This document shows positions 58,770 to 64,000 of a stretch of DNA of 64,000 nucleotides, piece by piece (within the stretch, counting starts at the first letter, position 1; every line of letters begins with the position of its first letter). Source of the DNA: Chloroflexota bacterium (GTDB taxonomy: Bacteria; Chloroflexota; Dehalococcoidia; Lucifugimonadales; UBA826); the NCBI GenBank assembly GCA_003228105.1, contig QGNN01000002.1, positions 26 through 64,025 of the forward strand, written 5' to 3'. The notes beneath the pieces were generated by a model. That model worked only from the letters and a program-made list of their open reading frames with translations, made no database searches and was not told where the DNA came from. The translations under genes were made by a program, and so were the position numbers.

Positions 58770-59461
58770 AATCCCATTTGCCTTTCATAGGGCAATTGCC
58801 CTTTTCGCCTAATTTGAATTTAATTGCTCTCTTTGCTCTATTGGTAACGCTAACCGTTACAATTTCATTAAGGATAGTCTTTGGTTCTACTACTCTATAT
58901 TTACCGGTTCCTTGGTATTACCCATGGGTATTAGCTGTACCTCAATTGATTCTGTTGTTGTTTGTAGTTTCGATTTCTAAAGATGATCGTAAACTTATAA
59001 GGGCGGTTCTTCACATACCAAATAGCGAAGGATGGCTTCGCCGCTCAAGTGTGACTGTTTTGGCTAGTATTGTCGCGATATTCCTATACTCATTCACTAT
59101 CTATAAAATAGATGTTTCTTATTTGATGCCGCCTCAAGTTCCCAAAAACATACTGGGTGAGAATGGATTTATGGTGGTTAATTTATTCGCAATAGTGGTT
59201 TGGGTACCTTTTGTCGAGGAACTTTTTTTTAGAGGTTTTTTGTTAACCTCTTGGGTTGCCAAATATGGTCAGGCGAAATCGATATTGCTAGTTTCATTGG
59301 TATTTATGTTTGTACATTCGCACCCAGGATTGTATTTTCCAGTGTTTATGAGTTCTGTATTGATCTCATATCTTTTCATAAAGACTAAGTCTTTGTGGCC
59401 GGCCTTTCTATCACATGCATCCCTGAATTTGTTAGTTGTGATAGTTGCGGCTTCTGCTTGA
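58754..59461 (+). CDS. CPBP-family intramembrane glutamic endopeptidase
   Basis: 235 aa, multi-TM. EELFFRG motif and downstream FxxxH / H motifs. Confidence 0.75.
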   Translation: MAKKLKSHLPFIGQLPFSPNLNLIALFALLVTLTVTISLRIVFGSTTLYLPVPWYYPWVLAVPQLILLLFVVSISKDDRKLIRAVLHIPNSEGWLRRSSVTVLASIVAIFLYSFTIYKIDVSYLMPPQVPKNILGENGFMVVNLFAIVVWVPFVEELFFRGFLLTSWVAKYGQAKSILLVSLVFMFVHSHPGLYFPVFMSSVLISYLFIKTKSLWPAFLSHASLNLLVVIVAASA

Positions 59462-59501
59462 ATTGGGCAGAATGTTGTGCATGTAATCCTTTATTGATCA
59501 G

Positions 59502-60305
59502 GTGGGTAACCAAGTGGAAAATAGAATCGACTTAAAACTCCTCAATGTGAAATCAGAGAATAGGCCGGCTTTAGTGCCTTATATAACTGTCGGATATCCC
59601 ACTATAAAACTGTCAGCCGAAATAGCTTTGAAGACCCTTGGATCCGGGGCCGATATGTTGGAATTAGGAATACCTTTTAGCGATCCCATAGCTGACGGGC
59701 CAACTATTCAGAAAACTGGCTTCAAAGCCCTCGAAAATGGCGTTAACCTTTCGGTATGTATGGATGTTTTAACTAAAATTCGGGAAAAAAACGATGACTC
59801 CCCTATTATATTTATGGGGTATTTCAACCCATTTTTTCAATTTGGGCTAGAACGTTTTATGGAAGAAGCATCGGACCGTGGTCTCGATGGTTTGATAATT
59901 CCTGATCTACCGATGGAAGAGTCGATGGTTATATCTGAGCAGTGCAGGAAAAACAAAATACACCATATTCCTTTATTGGCTCCGACCAGTACCGAGGAAA
60001 GAATAAAATCTTCTTGTGAACATGCAGGTGGGTTCATATATTGTGTCAGCCTCACAGGTGTAACTGGAGCCCGTGACGGGTTATCTATTGGTGTAGAAAG
60101 TTTGGTTGAGAGAATCAGAGTTCACACGGATTTGCCTGTGTTGGTTGGGTTTGGAGTTTCTCAAAAAAAAGATGTTGAGATGATATCTAAATTTGCAGAG
60201 GGTGCGGTCGTTGGTAGTGCTTTTTTGGATCATATAGCGAGCTCCAGTGAGGGGAGTGAAATATCGGCAGCTGGAGCATTTATCGAGAGTATATTGGTGA
60301 AATAA
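59502..60305 (+). CDS. trpA: tryptophan synthase alpha chain
   Basis: 267 aa. LELGIPFSDPIADGPTIQ, GFIYCVSLTGVTG, GFGVS. Confidence 0.9.
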   Translation: MGNQVENRIDLKLLNVKSENRPALVPYITVGYPTIKLSAEIALKTLGSGADMLELGIPFSDPIADGPTIQKTGFKALENGVNLSVCMDVLTKIREKNDDSPIIFMGYFNPFFQFGLERFMEEASDRGLDGLIIPDLPMEESMVISEQCRKNKIHHIPLLAPTSTEERIKSSCEHAGGFIYCVSLTGVTGARDGLSIGVESLVERIRVHTDLPVLVGFGVSQKKDVEMISKFAEGAVVGSAFLDHIASSSEGSEISAAGAFIESILVK

Positions 60306-60320
60306 AACGGAGAGGTTGTA

Positions 60321-60692
60321 ATGTCTGAAGTACGGGCCATAAGGGGGGCAACAACATCCCCCGGTAATAGTTCGGAGGAAATTCTTGCTGCTACTGCCGA
60401 AATGTTGGATTTGATGACAAAAGAAAACTCACTGAAGATGGATGATATTATCAGCGCATTTTTTACAACAACTCAAGATTTAAATGCTGAATTTCCTCCC
60501 GTAGCTGCTAGGCAAATGGGGTGGATAAATGTTGCTCTTATGTGTTCCCATGAAATGAAAGTCCCGGGGGCATTGCAGAAATGCATTCGTGTTATGGTTC
60601 ACGTGAATACTGATAAGAACCCTACTGATATTGTGAATATATATCTTCGAGATGCTGTAAACCTGAGGGTACGAGGGTTTGAGGATGGTTAG
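60321..60692 (+). CDS. aroH: chorismate mutase, AroH class
   Basis: 123 aa. VRAIRGATT N-terminus and RVMVHVN core typical of the AroH fold. Confidence 0.8.
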   Translation: MSEVRAIRGATTSPGNSSEEILAATAEMLDLMTKENSLKMDDIISAFFTTTQDLNAEFPPVAARQMGWINVALMCSHEMKVPGALQKCIRVMVHVNTDKNPTDIVNIYLRDAVNLRVRGFEDG

Positions 60693-61048
60693 TGGCCAGG
60701 TTGTTGAAGAAGTTGGATGGTATTACCGTCTGGGTCTTGAAATGTGCAGATCCATCCGCCCCAATGTTCTTCTTCCGGGTCCCTAAGAAACTTTATACCG
60801 TTATTTTTGAGACTATTGGTGAAGTTTTTAATATCTTTGACATTAAAATTCAACATTATTCTTAGAGGTTCTATAGAATTACCTGTTATCTCTGAATGTG
60901 ATCCGATACTAAACCGGAGATCCTCCCATTTGTAGGCAATGAAATGTTCTCTCACAGAGTGGGGTTTAAGACCTAGGATATCCTCATAAAAATGCCTTAG
61001 GCGGGCTAAGTCATATGTCCATATGATTGCTCCAGAAAATTTGATCAT
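60689..61048 (-). CDS. VOC-family (glyoxalase/bleomycin-resistance fold) protein
   Basis: 119 aa. FYEDILGLKP...FQDPDGNTIQL. Confidence 0.75.
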   Translation of the reverse strand: MIKFSGAIIWTYDLARLRHFYEDILGLKPHSVREHFIAYKWEDLRFSIGSHSEITGNSIEPLRIMLNFNVKDIKNFTNSLKNNGIKFLRDPEEEHWGGWICTFQDPDGNTIQLLQQPGH

Positions 61049-61249
61049 GATTCCTCTATTTTACTTTGAATTTGGTCAATAATCGATTTCCAATTTTATT
61101 ATGCCCATGTATATAATGATCATGGAAGACAGAAACGCATGGGTGGATGAAAGTTTACAGAGGGTCTTCTAAAAGGAGGTAAGTAGAGTTGGATAGTAGT
61201 AGTAGGAGGCCGACCAGGTAGGTGTTCTCTGGAACGCCTCCACATGTAA

Positions 61250-61282
61250 AGCGCCCGGAGTAGGTTTACTGCTCCGGGCGCT
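61250..61282 (-). terminator. GC-rich hairpin directly after the stop of the phosphotriesterase-like gene (possibly bidirectional)
   Basis: 11-bp perfect stem agcgcccggag / ctccgggcgct with an 11-nt loop. The U-tract is short on the minus strand (UUUACAUG); there is a T-rich run on the plus strand. Confidence 0.55.
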
Positions 61283-61283
61283 T

Positions 61284-62240
61284 TTAGTTTTTGCCCTCAA
61301 AAAAACTTCTTGGGTTGTTAACCATAATGTTTTGTATATCTTCTTCTGATGCTCCCAAGTTTTTAAGTCTAGGGAGAACTTGCCGGGTTATGAATAAATA
61401 TCCGTCTGGATTATACTTTGATCGACTCGTTTGCCCTTCTTTTGGATCTATGTTGAGCCTGACTGACCAGTCATGCCCTAACATGATTCTTTTTCCATAT
61501 CCATCTGCTATCAGTCTCATGGCAGTTTCGGTTCTTTGTTCCCAATCCGGAGTTCCCATAGCTCTTCCCCCTGGATACCGATCCAGCCCTACCCAAACAC
61601 CTTTATCGAGTAGACTTTCTAGGTAATGTATGTCCATGGTGTCGTTACTGTGTCCGATGTAAATTCTATTTAAGTCAACCTTCTCATCTTCAAAAATTCT
61701 GACCTGTTGCTCACCAACACGATCAGGGGCCCAGGTATGGGTGGATATTGGAACCCCAGTTTCTTTTTGGGCCCGTGCTGCTGCCCTGAGTATGATTTCT
61801 CCCTCTCTGGTAACTCCGCCAACATCATTAGCCACTTTAATTATCCCAGCCTTTATATGGGTACCTTCAATTCCTGTTGTTATTTCTCTCTTGTACAGGG
61901 TGGCAACACTATCTACAGAAGCATTCCAAAATACTCTAGGTATGTCCCTCCATGTTCCAGTAGCACATATTATGTTTACACCTGATTCCTTTGACACTTT
62001 TGCCAGCATATCGATATCCCTGCCGAGGTCGAGCGTCGTCACATCAATTATCGAATCAAGCCCTTCATTTTTTGCTTCGGAAAGGACCTTTATTGCCTCA
62101 GCTATTGAATCTTCTCGGTGTATGAATTCCGGATATATTTGAGGTATGCCGGCAGAGCTGACTACGATGTGTTCATGCGATAAGGTGAAACCTAAGTCAG
62201 AAGTTTCCATCGGGCCCAAAACTGATTCTATCTTGCTCAT
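61284..62240 (-). CDS. phosphotriesterase-family (PTER/Php-like) metal-dependent hydrolase
   Basis: 318 aa. LGFTLSHEHI, ISTHT, IGHSND, LGHD. Confidence 0.85.
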   Translation of the reverse strand: MSKIESVLGPMETSDLGFTLSHEHIVVSSAGIPQIYPEFIHREDSIAEAIKVLSEAKNEGLDSIIDVTTLDLGRDIDMLAKVSKESGVNIICATGTWRDIPRVFWNASVDSVATLYKREITTGIEGTHIKAGIIKVANDVGGVTREGEIILRAAARAQKETGVPISTHTWAPDRVGEQQVRIFEDEKVDLNRIYIGHSNDTMDIHYLESLLDKGVWVGLDRYPGGRAMGTPDWEQRTETAMRLIADGYGKRIMLGHDWSVRLNIDPKEGQTSRSKYNPDGYLFITRQVLPRLKNLGASEEDIQNIMVNNPRSFFEGKN

Positions 62241-62278
62241 AGTACCTTCCTCCCATAAATCGTATTTTTTGACGGCCC

Positions 62279-63061
62279 CTAACTATCCCTGATGACGGGA
62301 TTACTAAGTGTGCCCACACCTGAAATCTCAATTTCACACGTATCGCCATTTTTCATATCCTTGGACGTACCATCAGTTCCCATCCAGATCACGTCTCCAG
62401 GATATAAAGTTAGGTACCTGGTAATTTCTGATATGTATTTTTCTACTCCAAAAATCATGTCGTTAGTTTTAAATGAAATGGTTTCCTGGCCGTTAAGCCT
62501 TACGGTTGTCATCATGTCATTGAGGATTGCTTCTGTTTCAATCCATGGTCCCATAGGCTTAAAGGTGTCAGTATTTTTGGCACGCCATAAAGTTCTATCA
62601 GAGGCTTGCCATGTTCTCTCGCTGACGTCATTACCCACGGTATATCCCAAAACATACTTTAGGGAATCCTCCATTGAAACATTTTTGGCGACTTTCCCAA
62701 TAACCACTACCAGCTCAGCTTCGTAATGAATTTTATCTGTTGCGTCCTTGGGTATGATTATGGGATCTCCGTGGCCTATGATTGCATTATTGGCTCTATA
62801 TCCAATATCAGCCTTTTCAGGTAAATTGGGTTCCCTGTTCAGTAGAGATGCCGCCTCTAAAACATGTTTTTTGTAATTTACCCCCGCGGCGTAGAAAGTT
62901 TTCGGTATAACCGGAGGTAGTATTTTCACTTCTTCAACCGAAAATGTTTGAGTGGTTTTCTCATAACCATCAAATGGTGATCCATGAACTTTGCATACGA
63001 TATTATTGTTCAAAATACCATAGAACAGCTCATCTTTTGTCTGGCACTTTAGCCATCTCAT
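62279..63061 (-). CDS. fumarylacetoacetate hydrolase (FAH)-family protein
   Basis: 260 aa. YEAELVVVIGK, GYTVGNDVSER, GTPxG-like WMGTDG. Confidence 0.85.
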   Translation of the reverse strand: MRWLKCQTKDELFYGILNNNIVCKVHGSPFDGYEKTTQTFSVEEVKILPPVIPKTFYAAGVNYKKHVLEAASLLNREPNLPEKADIGYRANNAIIGHGDPIIIPKDATDKIHYEAELVVVIGKVAKNVSMEDSLKYVLGYTVGNDVSERTWQASDRTLWRAKNTDTFKPMGPWIETEAILNDMMTTVRLNGQETISFKTNDMIFGVEKYISEITRYLTLYPGDVIWMGTDGTSKDMKNGDTCEIEISGVGTLSNPVIRDS

Positions 63062-63617
63062 ACGCTTGACTCCTCGTTTATTTTGTCTATAAGGACAGGC
63101 AAAACTTCCTCTGAAACTATGTTGTATTCGTTAACATGAGGGAATCCGGACAATATAAACTTATTTATTCCAAGTTGCCAATAGCTTAGTAGTTCTTCTG
63201 AGGCCTGCCCCACATTTCCGAGAACAGCTGTCTCGTAATTCATCTGAACATTGGATAGGCCATTCCACAAATGTGTGACCATTTGGTTATTTCCATATCG
63301 TTGAAATTGATATCGTGGACCTACCATGCGGGTGTTTTAGGAGGACTTGCTCTTTTATTTCAAGACAGATGTAGAAATTTGAGATAACAGGGTATTTGCA
63401 ATTTTCCATGCTTTTCTTTCGGGTTGCCTGACTATTAAATGAGTTTTTAAACCAAAACAAGTAGGTCATCCTTTACCCATGCGCTTTTTTTGAGATAACC
63501 AAATATTGGAAGGAATCCTGCCTTGGCTGTGCCTATGTGCTTCCCATCTCCATCGATAAGTATGAACCAATTAAAATTAGGTTTGCTGCGCGGTTCAAAT
63601 ACCTCTTATACCTGCAC
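63058..63617 (-). pseudogene. relic of an SsuD-like FMNH2-dependent (LLM) monooxygenase: N- and C-terminal pieces in different frames, middle lost
   Basis: The C-terminal ORF GNVGQASEELLSYWQLGINKFILSGFPHVNEYNIVSEEVLPVL mirrors the SsuD C-terminus (...GIDSFVLSGYPHLEE...). Upstream in another frame: GTG(63617)-Q-V-TAA-...KPNFNWFILIDGDGKHIGT..., which is the SsuD N-terminal FWFxPxxGDGxxxGT block. The 560-nt span compares with about 1.1 kb expected. Confidence 0.65.
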
Positions 63618-63695
63618 GTTCTCCTTACTACGGTGGGTTTATTACATTATGGAACATAACCAGTAGCAAGACCCTTAATTAAGATACTGGGCCAA

Positions 63696-64000
63696 CTAAA
63701 CTTTGGAATATTCTGGATATGTTATTTGGGTGCCATCATCTAGTTCCTCAATTAGGAAATCCCCAAATAATAATGGGGCTTCAACCTGAAGTAATTTAAG
63801 TATTTCAATTGCGAGGAATCGTATTTCCCAATCAGCAAAAATGGCGCCCCTCATTTCGATGAAATGCCTTAATGCCCTCACATTTGCGGTAATAAAAATT
63901 TTTGTTTCAGTTGCATTCGGCAAAACCGATCTGGCGGCCTGTCTTATAGCTTTTCTTCTATCGGTATTGCTATCAAATATTGATTTTGGTAGAGATTTTT
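63696..64000 (-). CDS. thyX: FAD-dependent thymidylate synthase ThyX, C-terminal part (5' end beyond the window)
   Basis: The frame stays open to the window edge: ...[37 protein letters not shown]...[10 protein letters not shown]..., the typical ThyX C-terminal half. Confidence 0.7.
   Translation of the reverse strand, partial: KSLPKSIFDSNTDRRKAIRQAARSVLPNATETKIFITANVRALRHFIEMRGAIFADWEIRFLAIEILKLLQVEAPLLFGDFLIEELDDGTQITYPEYSKV

Noticed and set aside
61049-61283. 235-nt intergenic region checked for a tRNA, riboswitch or small ORF (for example AAGGAGG followed by TTG-DSSSRRPTR-stop)
   Set aside because: There is no cloverleaf or conserved riboswitch core I can recognise. The mini-ORF is 10 codons. 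Only the terminator hairpin at 61250-61282 is convincing.
1-64000. Searched for CRISPR arrays, rRNA/tRNA genes, IS elements, integrases, prophage or toxin-antitoxin pairs
   Set aside because: I saw no regularly spaced direct repeats, no transposase or integrase motifs, and no RNA gene signatures by eye. The absence should be confirmed with tRNAscan-SE, Infernal, ISEScan and a CRISPR finder.

Overview
This is a 64-kb stretch of a compact, moderately AT-rich bacterial chromosome with about 60 intact protein genes. Coding density is very high; five convergent gene pairs share their stop-codon nucleotides. I found no rRNA, tRNA, CRISPR array, transposase, integrase or phage genes, and no recognisable transcription factor.

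Layout:
- 1-39 kb is an accessory catabolic region built from paralog families: 3 enolase-superfamily enzymes, 6 MFS and 1 DMT transporters, 2 HpcH/HpaI aldolases, 2 D-2-hydroxyacid dehydrogenases, 2 SDRs, an SMP-30 lactonase, an NHL propeller, a PfkB sugar-acid kinase, amidohydrolases, an amidase, a dienelactone hydrolase, and LLM, OYE, AKR and nitroreductase flavo/redox enzymes. This gene mix plus a GAAC-N4-GTTC LexA box suggests a marine SAR202-type Chloroflexota genome. That is inference only and cannot be tested from this window.
- 39.6-44.3 kb is a conspicuously low-GC imuB-dnaE2 SOS mutagenesis cassette.
- 45.1-46.5 kb is gene debris.
- 46.5-64 kb is housekeeping: fmt, an MMPL exporter, mutS2, thrB, lysC, two GT2s, trpA, aroH and thyX.

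Most interesting observations:
1. A membrane-anchored thioredoxin-fold gene has a single in-frame TGA exactly at the first Cys of its CxxC motif, followed by a SECIS-like hairpin. It is a candidate UxxC selenoprotein and sits next to a small desulforedoxin-like Cys-rich protein.
2. The LexA-box-controlled imuB-dnaE2 cassette has no imuA and is flanked by decayed genes.
3. At least seven gene relics (GMC, MFS, amidohydrolase_2, NHL, Kelch, FtsX, SsuD-like) are present, most from families that have intact members in this window (Kelch and FtsX have none).
4. An SDR encodes its Rossmann Gly-motif upstream of the first canonical start codon and appears to start at an SD-preceded ATT.
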